Below are positions 18,069-27,050 of a DNA stretch of 64,000 bases, piece after piece. Source of the stretch: Bacillota bacterium (GTDB taxonomy: Bacteria > Bacillota > Sulfobacillia > Sulfobacillales > JAIMBI01); contig JAJZWV010000002.1 in NCBI GenBank assembly GCA_021846505.1, positions 46,163 to 110,162 on the forward strand, written 5' to 3'. The notes under the pieces were generated by a model. The model searched no databases. It was not told the DNA's origin and was given only the letters and a program-made list of their open reading frames with translations. Made by a program: the position numbers and the translations under genes. The first letter of the stretch is position 1. Every line of letters begins with the position of its first letter.

Positions 18069-18707
18069 CTCAGGCGAGCGGGCCGCCAGCGCCAGCAAGT
18101 CGCGCGGCTCGGGGGCCCACCGATCCGGCGCCGCCCCGGCCAGGCGGCGCTGGTGCCCCTCGCCCCACAGGGCAGCCACGGCCACCATGCCGGCGCGGTG
18201 GGCCGCCACCAAGTCGGTGGGCTGGTCGCCGACATACCAGCAGGACGCGGGCGGCACATCCAGTACGCGAGCGGCCATCAGGAGCGGGGCTGGCGACGGC
18301 TTCACCTCGGGGCAGTCCTCCTGGCACACCGCAGCCGAGAAAAATTCTAAGAGCCCCGTCTGGCCCAGCTCAGCGAGAGCATAGCGCCGCAGTTTGGTGG
18401 TGACCAGCCCCAGGCGGTGCCCCGCCCGGCGCAGTTCCGCGAGAGCCACCGCCACCCCGGGGTAGGGGCCGATGCGATGGTGCTCCTCCTCATAAAACGC
18501 AAACATGGCGCGGATAACAGCCGCGGCCTCTTCAGCGGAGAACAGGTCCCCCAGGGCGCGAAAGGGCTTGCCCAGCAGGTACTGGGCTTCGGACGCCGTC
18601 AAGTTGCGGCCCAAGGCTGCGCGCGCGCCCACTTGGTAGGACGCCTGCGAGAGCCACTCGCTGTCCAGCAGCGTGCCATCCAAATCTAGAAAGATCGTGG
18701 GGGTCAT
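17889..18707 (-). CDS. HAD-superfamily hydrolase (phosphoglycolate-phosphatase-like)
   Basis: Motif I FLDLDGTLLDS, motif II LGLVTTK, and motif III/IV KPSPAPLL ... YVGDQPTDL. Start is the ATG at 18707 with GGGAGG upstream. The last 60 codons overlap the convergent gene. Confidence 0.85.
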   Translation of the reverse strand: MTPTIFLDLDGTLLDSEWLSQASYQVGARAALGRNLTASEAQYLLGKPFRALGDLFSAEEAAAVIRAMFAFYEEEHHRIGPYPGVAVALAELRRAGHRLGLVTTKLRRYALAELGQTGLLEFFSAAVCQEDCPEVKPSPAPLLMAARVLDVPPASCWYVGDQPTDLVAAHRAGMVAVAALWGEGHQRRLAGAAPDRWAPEPRDLLALAARSPELQAQRRQQGAGIFGAHDPADIGAAREGDGHPTSGVVVHDGKRAALAGDKRAHGEDPREP

Positions 18708-19246
18708 GGCGCCTCCCTTAGCTCGTGCGACCCAAACTCTTCTGGACACCAGCACGGCCCACACCCACGTTGCTCCGGATGATAGCACGCGATCGGCACC
18801 GGCGGCTCTCCTTCCCCGCGCTGGCCAATCTTGCATGGGCCCGTGGCAGGAGGGGCTGGCGGCTTGGCTTCGGTGCCGAGGTCGGAATGAGGGGCATCTG
18901 AGCCGTCCGGCCGGCCGTGCCGGCGGCGCGTCGCGGGGCATGACCCAGCGCGCAGTCCGCAGGCGCTGTCGCTGTCAGCTGGTATCCGAAGGAGGTCGGC
19001 AGGCATGGGCTCCTGCCGGAGCGGCGTCACGGACGAGGCCGTGGGCGAAGGGCTAGCCGTGCTGAATGGCGACACCCTGACGGATGCCTCGGGGCCCCAT
19101 TTCAGCAGTTCTTCCTCCGCGCGCATGACGGTTTCCCCATGCGCGCCGCCTGCGCCAGGACACCGATGGTCGGCTGTGTCGAGAGGAACGCGGCCATCCG
19201 CGGACTGGCCGGGCGGCAATGGAACCCGACCTGAATGAGGGCATTT

Positions 19247-19627
19247 TCACTGCCAACCGCATTCGGGAGCGTGAACGGGAGCCCGTGATAGGTACCTTCG
19301 ACACTCATCACCTGCTTGAGGTTCCACCGACGGATATTCCAGGATGTGCCGCATCGCGGGCCCGGTCCGTTTCGGGTTGATGCACCGGGCTGGGTGAAGG
19401 CTCGGCAACTGGGGGCCCGGGACCGCTGCTACGTACCCTATGCGCCTCGGCGCCCTATCGCATCGCCCTGGCCCGCGTTCCGGACTAGGGTGCCATCGAT
19501 ATCCCGGGCTCAGATGGAATCCCTCCAACGCGATGCTGTGCCTGGCAAATCGAAGGGCTTCGGCCCGTTGGCTGCGTTCCTGGACGCTGAGGCTCGCCTC
19601 CCATCGATTCAGCCTATCACGTGCCAT
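19247..19627 (-). pseudogene. VbhA-like antitoxin domain ORF with an aberrant tail (probable remnant of a Fic-type TA module)
   Basis: MARDRLNRWEASLSVQERSQRAEALRFARHSIALEGFHLSPG resembles the VbhA antitoxin core (..A.....LEG...). Downstream coding potential is split over several frames with low GC3, and no intact HPFxxGNGR motif was found. Confidence 0.4.
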
Positions 19628-19704
19628 GGTCTTGGCACCGCCTGTGCACCTCGAGCAAAAGCGCTTTCCCGCCACGCGCCCACGGGCTTCAGTCATGGGC
19701 GCAC

Positions 19705-19734
19705 AGAAAAAACACCCGCAGTCCCTCATGGGGT
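19705..19734 (-). terminator. Intrinsic terminator after tRNA-Arg
   Basis: The minus strand reads CACCCCATGAGGGACTGCGGGTG followed by TTTTTT, beginning 15 nt past the tRNA 3' end. Confidence 0.55.
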
Positions 19735-19749
19735 GCAGGCTCAAAAAAG

Positions 19750-19824
19750 TGGTGCGCCCGAAGGGACTCGAACCCCTGCTTCAGGCTCCGGAGGCCTGCG
19801 TGATATCCACTTCACTACGGGCGC
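19750..19824 (-). tRNA. tRNA-Arg (anticodon CCG), CCA encoded
   Basis: A 75-nt cloverleaf folded by hand: acceptor GCGCCCG/CGGGCGC, D stem GTGA/TCAC, anticodon stem CAGGC/GCCTG with loop CTCCGGA, T arm AGGGG-TTCGAGT-CCCTT, discriminator A, then CCA. Confidence 0.93.
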
Positions 19825-19835
19825 GACCTGTACGC

Positions 19836-19864
19836 AGTGTAGCACAGTGAGCCAGGCCGAGCAA
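19836..19864 (-). promoter_or_regulatory. Putative promoter of tRNA-Arg
   Basis: The minus strand has TTGCTC (19864-19859), a 17-nt spacer, and an extended -10 TGcTACACT (-10 at 19841-19836). This lies about 12 nt upstream of the mature 5' end. Confidence 0.5.
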
Positions 19865-19967
19865 CCGCCGCCGGCGCTTTGGCTGAGGCCCGCCCCGCGC
19901 GGCGCGGCGGGCGCGACGCCAAAATGCTAGTATATGGCATGAACAAGCCCCTAAGGGCCGTTGCGCC

Positions 19968-21050
19968 GTGAAGCGCCGGCACCGCTGCCGGCGATGGTGC
20001 TGGGCGGCTGCCGCCATCGCAGCGCTGCTCATCGCCTACTTGTGGCCGGGCCCACTTGTGCCAGAGCGCCCGACGGCCGCGGTGAGCCGCGTGCCGCGCT
20101 TTCGGCACGTGTTTGTCATCATGATGGAAAATCACAGCCCGGAGGCGCTGCTGAGCCCGGCCGCGCCCGATCCGTACATACGCCACCTCATCGCCACAGC
20201 GGGCTACGACAGCGACTACTATGGCGTCACCCACCCGAGCCTGCCCAACTATGTGGCCGCTCTCGGGGGCCAAACGCTGGGGAGCCACAGCGACAGTCCG
20301 ACGCAGCGGTTTGCCATCCCCAATCTGGCCCTTCAGATGGACCAGGCGCACATCGCCTGGCAAGCCGCCATGCAGTCGCTGCCGCACCCGGGCTTTCTCG
20401 GCAGCTGGTACCCGGATCCGATTCCGCACGCATCGCCCCTTGCGACGCCCGCCACCGCGCTGTACGCCAAAAAGCACGACCCGTTTTTGCTGTTTCCGGC
20501 CGTCGTCAAAGCGGACGCCAACCACGTGGTGCCGCTCACCGCGCTGGGGCGCGAGCTCGCCGCGGGCACGGTGCCGCCGTTCGTCTGGATTTCGCCCAAT
20601 TTGTGCGCGGACATGCATGGCCAGCCCAGCGCGCCCGGCGCCTCCTGCCCCACCAGCCACCCCCGCGCGCTCATTGAAGACGGCAACGCGTTTTTAGCCG
20701 CCTGGGTGCCACGCATCATGCAGTCGGCCGCCTGGGGGCCGGGGTCGGTGATTTTCATTACGTGGGACGAGGGCAGCGGGCCGGCCGGGCCCTCGCCCGC
20801 CAGCATCCAATCCTACAAGGCGGCCGGTCCGGCCGCGCCGCCCATCATCCACGGGGTCCCGTGGCTGGGGGTGCTGGGAGGCGGCCGGGTCCCGCTGATT
20901 GTCATCACGGCCGGCCAGCACCCCGTGCGGGTGCATCTCTGGGCCGACCACTACAGCATCTTGAAAACCATAGAGGCCAGCTGGCACCTGAAGTACCTGG
21001 GCCATGCCCAAAGTCCCGAAGTGCCTCTGCTCACGCCCCTTTTGCCCTAG
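19968..21050 (+). CDS. Phosphoesterase-family protein (acid phosphatase / phospholipase-C-like), membrane-anchored or secreted
   Basis: N-terminal hydrophobic segment, then HVFVIMMENHS, HPSLPNYVA and VIFITWDEG, which are typical of the phosphoesterase family. GTG start. Confidence 0.85.
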   Translation: MKRRHRCRRWCWAAAAIAALLIAYLWPGPLVPERPTAAVSRVPRFRHVFVIMMENHSPEALLSPAAPDPYIRHLIATAGYDSDYYGVTHPSLPNYVAALGGQTLGSHSDSPTQRFAIPNLALQMDQAHIAWQAAMQSLPHPGFLGSWYPDPIPHASPLATPATALYAKKHDPFLLFPAVVKADANHVVPLTALGRELAAGTVPPFVWISPNLCADMHGQPSAPGASCPTSHPRALIEDGNAFLAAWVPRIMQSAAWGPGSVIFITWDEGSGPAGPSPASIQSYKAAGPAAPPIIHGVPWLGVLGGGRVPLIVITAGQHPVRVHLWADHYSILKTIEASWHLKYLGHAQSPEVPLLTPLLP

Positions 21051-22019
21051 CACCGTGTGTGTTTGGCCGTCTCCCCATCGGGCTGGGGGCGCTCTAACAT
21101 TCAGGGGGCCCGTCGCGGCCCGCTAGCCCAGGGAGCGTGCGCCAGGCTCGCCCCGGAGGCGGTCAGCGGCGCAGTCTGCCGCAGGATCTTGGGCAGGTCG
21201 CCACCGCACAGTGCGATCGCCACGCGTGGGGACCTTGGCCAGTGAGCCAGCCGTGCCCAGCCACGATCCTCCGCGGGCTCCTCGGAGCCAGGACCGCTGT
21301 CCATCGCGGTGTGAGCCCGGTGTTGGTCTGTGGATTTGCTCCAGTGGATGGGAAAGCTCGCCTGGGAGGGCGGGGAGGCTCACACAGCCACTCCCCGGTT
21401 CGACCGCGCTCTGCCGCCGGGTTCGCGGCCACCGGCCCCGGGGGTATGGGCCGCGCTGGGGCCCGTCCGGCCCCCGGCGCGGCAGAGTGCGGGACCCGTG
21501 CACTACCGGGGACTCTGAGGGCGCAGACGCACGGGCGCATCGTCTGGGGCGCCTCGAGCCACGACCAGTGGGTGATGTTAGAATGGCCGCCTCAGCACGA
21601 CCTGCTGGGGGACCCTCACCGGCCCCGCCAGGCCGGGCGAGATCTGCCGGGGCCGCCCGCCCCCGCCGGCGCGGCTTCAGCGATGCGGGTCCCGGACTTG
21701 CCCAGCATGGCGCGCGCAAGGCGGCTGCGCTTGATGTTGGCGCCGTCGCACCCCTGCAGGAGGTCGTTGCCGTCCGTCGTCCGCGCCCCGATGGTGCGCT
21801 TGCGGCTAAAGGAGCACCGCCATCCCCTTCACGTCTGCCGGCCCATCCCACAGGTTTCAGCATAGTGCCGCGGCCGCGAAGGTGATACCCTCCGGTGGGC
21901 GCACGGCGCTGGCCTTCCTCGTGGCGTGGCCCGGTACGCGGCGGAACGCGGGCGCCGCTCGGCGGGCGTGCGAGCGGCTTGCTCCTGCGGCATTCCCGAG
22001 CGAGGTGGAGGTGCATCGC

Positions 22020-22697
22020 GTGACTGTTGTATATGTATTGGCCGATTTGTCCCAGGCGAACCGGGTTGCGCGAGCCGGGGCGAACCTGGTGCGGCGCGTT
22101 GATGCCTATCACACGCTGCTGGCCGGTCGCTCGGATTGGGACTGTCCTCGGGGCTGGGCATTCCACGATGCGGAGTCGGCACGCGAGGCCTTTGGCCACG
22201 CACTGCCTGCTTGGACCAGCACCACCACGCAACTCGTCCATATCGCGCCGGCACCAGGGGATTGGCACGCGCTATATGCGGGGGTCGTCGGCTCCATCTC
22301 CGATCCCCGCGTGGCGCCCTATGCCATCGTGACCAGCGAGGATGTGGCCACCATCGCCGGCCATGAGCTCACCCACCACTTGCGGGCCTTTCGGAATACG
22401 CCGCCGGGAGCCGAGTGGTTCGAAGAGGGCTTCTGCTTCGGGGTGCCTCGCCAGCAGATCCTGGCACCCCGTCGATTGGCCGCGGTGACAGCCGCCGAAG
22501 CCGCACTGACTGAGGCCTACGCCGCTCGATTGGGGACCACGGAGGTTTGGAGCTTCGGGGCTAATGATGACGGGTCGGGATGGCCCGCCGCCCTTTATGA
22601 CTACGCGGGCGATCCCTGGGCCGCTCTCACCGCGTTTGAAGCGTGGAATGAGCGGCACCGCCACACCCCCTTGGCCGAGTGGCTGGGGGTCAGGTGA
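22020..22697 (+). CDS. Hypothetical HExxH (zincin-like) protein
   Basis: HELTHH motif with a downstream EWFEEG. RBS GAGGTGGAGGTG lies 6 nt before the GTG at 22020. GC3 is high and no family name was recognised. Confidence 0.65.
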   Translation: MTVVYVLADLSQANRVARAGANLVRRVDAYHTLLAGRSDWDCPRGWAFHDAESAREAFGHALPAWTSTTTQLVHIAPAPGDWHALYAGVVGSISDPRVAPYAIVTSEDVATIAGHELTHHLRAFRNTPPGAEWFEEGFCFGVPRQQILAPRRLAAVTAAEAALTEAYAARLGTTEVWSFGANDDGSGWPAALYDYAGDPWAALTAFEAWNERHRHTPLAEWLGVR

Positions 22698-22764
22698 CGC
22701 CGCGGACCTGACGCGCCGGCAAACACGCTGCCCTGGTCATGCACTCTCCCATGCGGCTAGGCGC

Positions 22765-23649
22765 TCAGCGCCGGTTCGAAGCGCCGGGCGCCGAGTCCAC
22801 GCCATCCCAATACCGCGCGATGCTGGTTTCGTCCGCGTCGGCGTCCTTTGCCGCCGCGCGCGCGAAGGCGGAGTGCGCCGCCGCGGCCAGCACCGTCGGA
22901 AACCCGAGGCCCTCCGCCATTTCCAGCGCCAGCCGCAGATCTTTGGTGCGGTTGGCCAGCGAGAAGCCCGGCGCCAGCGCGCGGGTGGGCCAGCGACTCA
23001 GCAGCTTGTCCACTTCGAACGAGCGGGCCGAGCTGGCCGGCAGCACCTCGGCCAGCACGTCAAAGGCAATCCCGGCCGCCTCCGCCAGCCGCACCCCTTC
23101 GGCGGCGGCCAGGAGATTTAAGCCCGACACCAGGTTGGCCACCAGCTTTAAGCTTTGGCCGGCGCCACTGGGCCCCGCGTGCACAATGCGCTGGCCCACC
23201 GCCGCCAGCAGCGGGCGCACCGCGGCAAAAGCGTCCGCGTCCCCGCCCACCATAATGGTGAGGGTCGCCTCGCGGGCCCCCACGTCGCCCCCGGTCACCG
23301 GCGCGTCCAGCCAGGTGAGCCGGCGGCGGGCGGCCTCCGCCGCCAAGCCCGCGGTGGCGGTGGGCCCAATGGTGGAGAAGTCCACAAAGATCGCCCCGGG
23401 CTGCGCGCCGTCAAAAAGCCCGCCCGCGCATACGGCTTGGACCGCGCTCCCGTCTGTCACCATGATCGCCACCACGTCGGCGTTCGCCGCCAGCTCGTGG
23501 AGCGAACCCGCGGCATAGGCGCCGGCCGCCGCCAGCGGCTCCATGTGCCGCGGCGTCCGGTTGTACACCTGCACCTCAAACCCCGCGTGCAGCAGGTTTT
23601 CGGCCATGGGCGCGCCCATGACGCCGAGGCCCACAAATCCTACGCGCAT
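22765..23649 (-). CDS. Beta-hydroxyacid dehydrogenase family (3-hydroxyisobutyrate / tartronate-semialdehyde-reductase-like)
   Basis: MRVGFVGLGVMGAPMAENL Rossmann start, DAPVTGG and GAGQSLKLVANL motifs. Start is the ATG at 23649 with AAGGGGG upstream. Confidence 0.9.
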   Translation of the reverse strand: MRVGFVGLGVMGAPMAENLLHAGFEVQVYNRTPRHMEPLAAAGAYAAGSLHELAANADVVAIMVTDGSAVQAVCAGGLFDGAQPGAIFVDFSTIGPTATAGLAAEAARRRLTWLDAPVTGGDVGAREATLTIMVGGDADAFAAVRPLLAAVGQRIVHAGPSGAGQSLKLVANLVSGLNLLAAAEGVRLAEAAGIAFDVLAEVLPASSARSFEVDKLLSRWPTRALAPGFSLANRTKDLRLALEMAEGLGFPTVLAAAAHSAFARAAAKDADADETSIARYWDGVDSAPGASNRR

Positions 23650-23671
23650 GATGCAACCCCCTTTATCCACT

Positions 23672-24598
23672 CTATGAAGTAGCTCCAGCCCCCGGTTCGG
23701 CGCTCTCAAGGCCATCGCGCGGCCAGCGCGCGGCCGCCTCGGCCATCGTGCGGACCGGCACCACCAGGCCCACGGGATAGCTTCGCAGGTGGGCGAGAAG
23801 GCTCTGCCGCACGCGCCGGCTGCCAGCGAGCACCCCGCCCACCGCCACCAGCGGCCACGGCGGCTGCCCCATATCGCCTGCTTGCTCCAAAGCCGCCGCC
23901 ACCTGCAAGGCCAACTCTGAGCCAGCGCCGTCCAGAATGCTGCTCGCCACCCCGTCGCCCGCCCGGTCGGCCTCGTCCACCAGCGCGGCCAGGCCGGCAA
24001 TGTCATGCCGCGCGGTGCTGGGGCCGTACACGTGCGCCACTGCTTCCCGGAGGGTGGCCGCCCCAGCCCACGCGCAAATCAGGGTGGTGAGCTGCGTGGC
24101 CGGCCCTCGCCCATCCGCCGCCCGCGCTGCGGCGACGAGCGCCTGCCGGCCAATGTCGCCGCCGCTGCCCTCGTCGCCCATCACACTGCCCCAGCCTCCT
24201 ACGATGGCCCGCCGCCCGCCGGCATTGCGCGCCATCACCAAAGAGCCCGTGCCAGACACCACGGCCAGGCCTGGCCCCCTCACGCCGCCCGCCGCCAGGG
24301 CCAGGTCGCCTTCGTGGCAGCGTCGCAGCGCCGCTCCTGGGAGCAGCCGGTGCGCCACTCGCGCCAAAACGTCCGTCGACACCGGCCCCCCAAACACCAC
24401 CCACTCGACGCGGGCCGGATCCGCGCCGGTGCTAGCCAGCGCCCCCTCCATGGCCACAGCCAGCGCCGCCTCGGCGGCCGCGCCAGGGACAAAGTGCGGG
24501 TTGCTGGGCCCGCCGCGGCCCCGCCCGACGGCGTCCCGGCCGTCGCACAGCACCGCCTCGGTTTTGGTGCCGCCCCCATCGAGCCCCAGCACCCACAC
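23672..24598 (-). CDS. BadF/BadG/BcrA/BcrD-type ATPase (N-acetylglucosamine-kinase-like sugar kinase)
   Basis: LGLDGGGTKT, VVSGTGS and GGWGSVMGDEGSG motifs. The GTG start overlaps the upstream stop by 1 nt. Confidence 0.85.
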   Translation of the reverse strand: MWVLGLDGGGTKTEAVLCDGRDAVGRGRGGPSNPHFVPGAAAEAALAVAMEGALASTGADPARVEWVVFGGPVSTDVLARVAHRLLPGAALRRCHEGDLALAAGGVRGPGLAVVSGTGSLVMARNAGGRRAIVGGWGSVMGDEGSGGDIGRQALVAAARAADGRGPATQLTTLICAWAGAATLREAVAHVYGPSTARHDIAGLAALVDEADRAGDGVASSILDGAGSELALQVAAALEQAGDMGQPPWPLVAVGGVLAGSRRVRQSLLAHLRSYPVGLVVPVRTMAEAAARWPRDGLESAEPGAGATS

Positions 24599-25356
24599 TA
24601 GGGAATCACCGGGCTCGGCCAGGCGCCGCGGCGCGTCAGCTCCTCCAGCACCGCCCGATTGTGCTCCGCACCGCCGGGCTGGTTGCCGCTCAAGAGGACC
24701 GGCGGCGCGAGCCCTGCAGCCTGGAGCCGCTCCACCGTGCGAAGCAGCCAGGCATGCAGCAGGAACGAGCCCGCAATCGTTGACACCGGGCCCAGCGGCA
24801 CGGGCGGACTCCCCGGCGCGGCCAGCGCCGCATCGCCCAGGGGCACCCCGCTGTCCAGCACCACGGCGGCAAAGTCGGCCACGGTGGGGCCTGAGGCGGA
24901 CCCGGCGGCGGCGCGTGACGTCAGCGCCACCACCGATAAGCCCCGCGCCTGAGCTTGGGCCGCCATTTCGACCGGCACCGGGTTTCTGCCCGAAGTGGAC
25001 ACCACCAGCAGCACATCACCAGGCTGGACAGGTGCGTGGTCTAAGACGCGGGCCGAAAGTCCCGGCAGCCGCTCCAGCGCCGAGCCGTACTCGGGAGCAC
25101 CGGTATCGAGCCGCAGGCCCGGCACATGAATCGGGTTCATGAACACCGGGGTCGCCGCCCGATAGTACAGGTCATCCACCAAAAGTCCCGAGTGGTTGCA
25201 GCCGAAGCCAAACAGCTGGTGCTGGGCCTGCCAGGCGTCTGCGAGCAGGGCGGCGGCCCGGTCCAGCTGCGGCGCCTCCCGCTCGGCAATGGCGGCCAGG
25301 TGGCACGGCACCCACGCCATCCACTCCCCCATGAGGCTCTCCACCGGCGGCCGCAT
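24598..25356 (-). CDS. SIS-domain protein (UPF0309-like), paralogue 2
   Basis: SIS core GDVLLVVSTSGRNPVPVEMA ... LSVVALTS. It is paralogous to the upstream gene and overlaps it by 1 nt (TGATG). Confidence 0.8.
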   Translation of the reverse strand: MRPPVESLMGEWMAWVPCHLAAIAEREAPQLDRAAALLADAWQAQHQLFGFGCNHSGLLVDDLYYRAATPVFMNPIHVPGLRLDTGAPEYGSALERLPGLSARVLDHAPVQPGDVLLVVSTSGRNPVPVEMAAQAQARGLSVVALTSRAAAGSASGPTVADFAAVVLDSGVPLGDAALAAPGSPPVPLGPVSTIAGSFLLHAWLLRTVERLQAAGLAPPVLLSGNQPGGAEHNRAVLEELTRRGAWPSPVIP

Positions 25357-26102
25357 CAGATGCCCAGCTCCCGGTAGCGGGCCATCGCGTCCCGGTAGCG
25401 CTCAGGCCCGTCCGGGTAGTTGACGCTGCGAAATACGGTCGGCTCAATGCCCCGCGCCACCAGCGCCTCCGCCACCTCGCCCACCAAGCACCACGCCGCC
25501 AGCGCGGCGCTGATGCCTGACGAGGGCAAAAGCTTTTCCGGCAGGCCGGGGAGCGCCACTTCGGCGTCGCCCGCGCTGGTGTGCGTGTCCAGCACCACCT
25601 GGGCCGCCTGGTCCAGCCGCTGGCCGGACGGATGGGCCGGCGGCAGGCCCGACGCATGCGCCAGCGCGGTCAGCGCGATGGTGAGTGCGCCCCGCCGGGA
25701 TGCCTCTTGCGCCATCTCTACCACCAGAGGGCTTCGCCCCGACACGGATCCCAAGAGCACCACGTCGCCGGTGCGCACGCCGGCGTGCTGCACGGCCAGC
25801 CGCGCCAGCACCAGCTCCTCCTCGTCTCCGTCCACCAGCGGGTGCGTGGGCTCGCCGCCCCGGCGCAAGGCGCCGGACCCCCATCGGGGCCGCACCAGCG
25901 TGATGGGCGCCAGCAGCGCCAGCCCCCCGGCCCGGTTAAACAGCTCGCTGGTCAGCAAGTGCCCGTTGTCGTACACGAAAAAAATGCCGCCAGCCTCGAT
26001 GCGGCCGGCAATCTCGCCGGCCAAGCGCGCGATCTCGGGCACATCCTCGGCGAGGCTTCCCACGATGCGCCGCATCGCGGCGAGATACTGTTGCGCCAGC
26101 AT
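25356..26102 (-). CDS. SIS-domain protein (UPF0309-like), paralogue 1
   Basis: GGIFFVYDNGH and GDVVLLGSVSGRSPLVVEMAQEASRRGALTIALT, with the C-terminal tail YPDGPERY typical of UPF0309-type SIS proteins. Confidence 0.85.
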   Translation of the reverse strand: MLAQQYLAAMRRIVGSLAEDVPEIARLAGEIAGRIEAGGIFFVYDNGHLLTSELFNRAGGLALLAPITLVRPRWGSGALRRGGEPTHPLVDGDEEELVLARLAVQHAGVRTGDVVLLGSVSGRSPLVVEMAQEASRRGALTIALTALAHASGLPPAHPSGQRLDQAAQVVLDTHTSAGDAEVALPGLPEKLLPSSGISAALAAWCLVGEVAEALVARGIEPTVFRSVNYPDGPERYRDAMARYRELGI

Positions 26103-26135
26103 GGCGTTCCTCCTCTCAGTGCGCTCCGAGCGGCG

Positions 26136-26351
26136 CTAGGCGCGAAACAGCTCCACGTGGCCGCACTCGGGGCACGTGCGCACCTCCAGCGGCAGGCGCG
26201 TCTCGGCCAGCTGGTTGATGCTGCCCAACAGCATCCCCGAAAGCCCGGTGGCACCCCCGACCCGAAACTGCAGCACTCCTTGGCTCTCCAGCGGCCGCTG
26301 GCACCTCAGGCAGTCGAGCGCCGGGCCCGTCACTCCTCCAGATCCACTCAT
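26136..26351 (-). CDS. Small zinc-ribbon protein
   Basis: 71 aa with CLRC ... CPEC pairs. RBS GAGGAGG lies before the ATG at 26351. The rest of the 180-aa track ORF is antisense junk. Confidence 0.6.
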   Translation of the reverse strand: MSGSGGVTGPALDCLRCQRPLESQGVLQFRVGGATGLSGMLLGSINQLAETRLPLEVRTCPECGHVELFRA

Positions 26352-26418
26352 AGCGATTCCTCCTCGCGGCGTCCGGGTGGATAGCCGCTCAACCCAAGAC
26401 CGCGCGCCTATCCGTGCC

Positions 26419-26988
26419 CTATCCCACCCGCTGATTGTACGCGCCCAGCTCCCAGCGGCCCCGGTCGTATGTCGTCCAGGACAAACTGCAGTTGGCCAGC
26501 TGCGCGTGAAAGCTGCCGATCGCCCCGGTGGCCACCAGACCCAGCACCGCGTTGATGCTCCCCCCGTGCGCCACCACCAGCACTCGCTGGCCCGAATACT
26601 CGGCGGCCAGCCGATCCAAAGACGCTTTTCCCCGCGCGCCCAGCGCCTCATACGGCTCGACGCCGGGCATCTCGCCATTGGGAAAGCGCCGCTCGCGCTC
26701 CGCCCAGGTGAGCCCCTCGCCCGTGCCGTAGTGGCGCTCCATCAAGGTGTCCCAGAGCGCCACGGGGGCAAGCTCGGTGCGGGCCGCAATAATTTCAGCG
26801 GTTTCGCGGGCGCGCGCCAGCGGGCTCGCCACAATGGCATCCCACGGCAGCGCCGCCAAGTGGGCCGCGCAGCGCGCGGCCTCCTGGCGCCCGCGCTCGT
26901 TCAGCGGCACATCCGACTGGCCCTGCAGCCGCCCATCCCGATTCCAGTCCGTCTGCCCATGGCGCACCCAGCATGCGATCGTGCTCAC
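26419..26988 (-). CDS. Histidine phosphatase (phosphoglycerate-mutase-like) family protein
   Basis: RHGQTDWN catalytic motif, SPLARARETA and VVAHGG. Start is GTG at 26988 with GGAGGAAG upstream. Confidence 0.85.
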   Translation of the reverse strand: MSTIACWVRHGQTDWNRDGRLQGQSDVPLNERGRQEAARCAAHLAALPWDAIVASPLARARETAEIIAARTELAPVALWDTLMERHYGTGEGLTWAERERRFPNGEMPGVEPYEALGARGKASLDRLAAEYSGQRVLVVAHGGSINAVLGLVATGAIGSFHAQLANCSLSWTTYDRGRWELGAYNQRVG

Positions 26989-27050
26989 TTCGACGACTTC
27001 CTCCACTCTCCCCGCCACTGAATCTATGGAAGGGGCACTATGTTCGAAAG

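Noticed and set aside
18950-19450. An intact Fic/Doc toxin gene downstream of the VbhA-like ORF.
   Set aside because: No frame contains the HPFxxGNGRxxR motif. The closest strings (FHCRPASPRMAAF, AWGNRHARGGR) do not fit. Coding signal is spread over three frames.
21123-22268. A 381-aa minus-strand ORF as a real gene filling the 21-22 kb gap.
   Set aside because: It has a low-complexity Arg/Pro/Gly composition, no RBS and no motifs. It also overlaps the well-supported start of the HExxH gene on the other strand.
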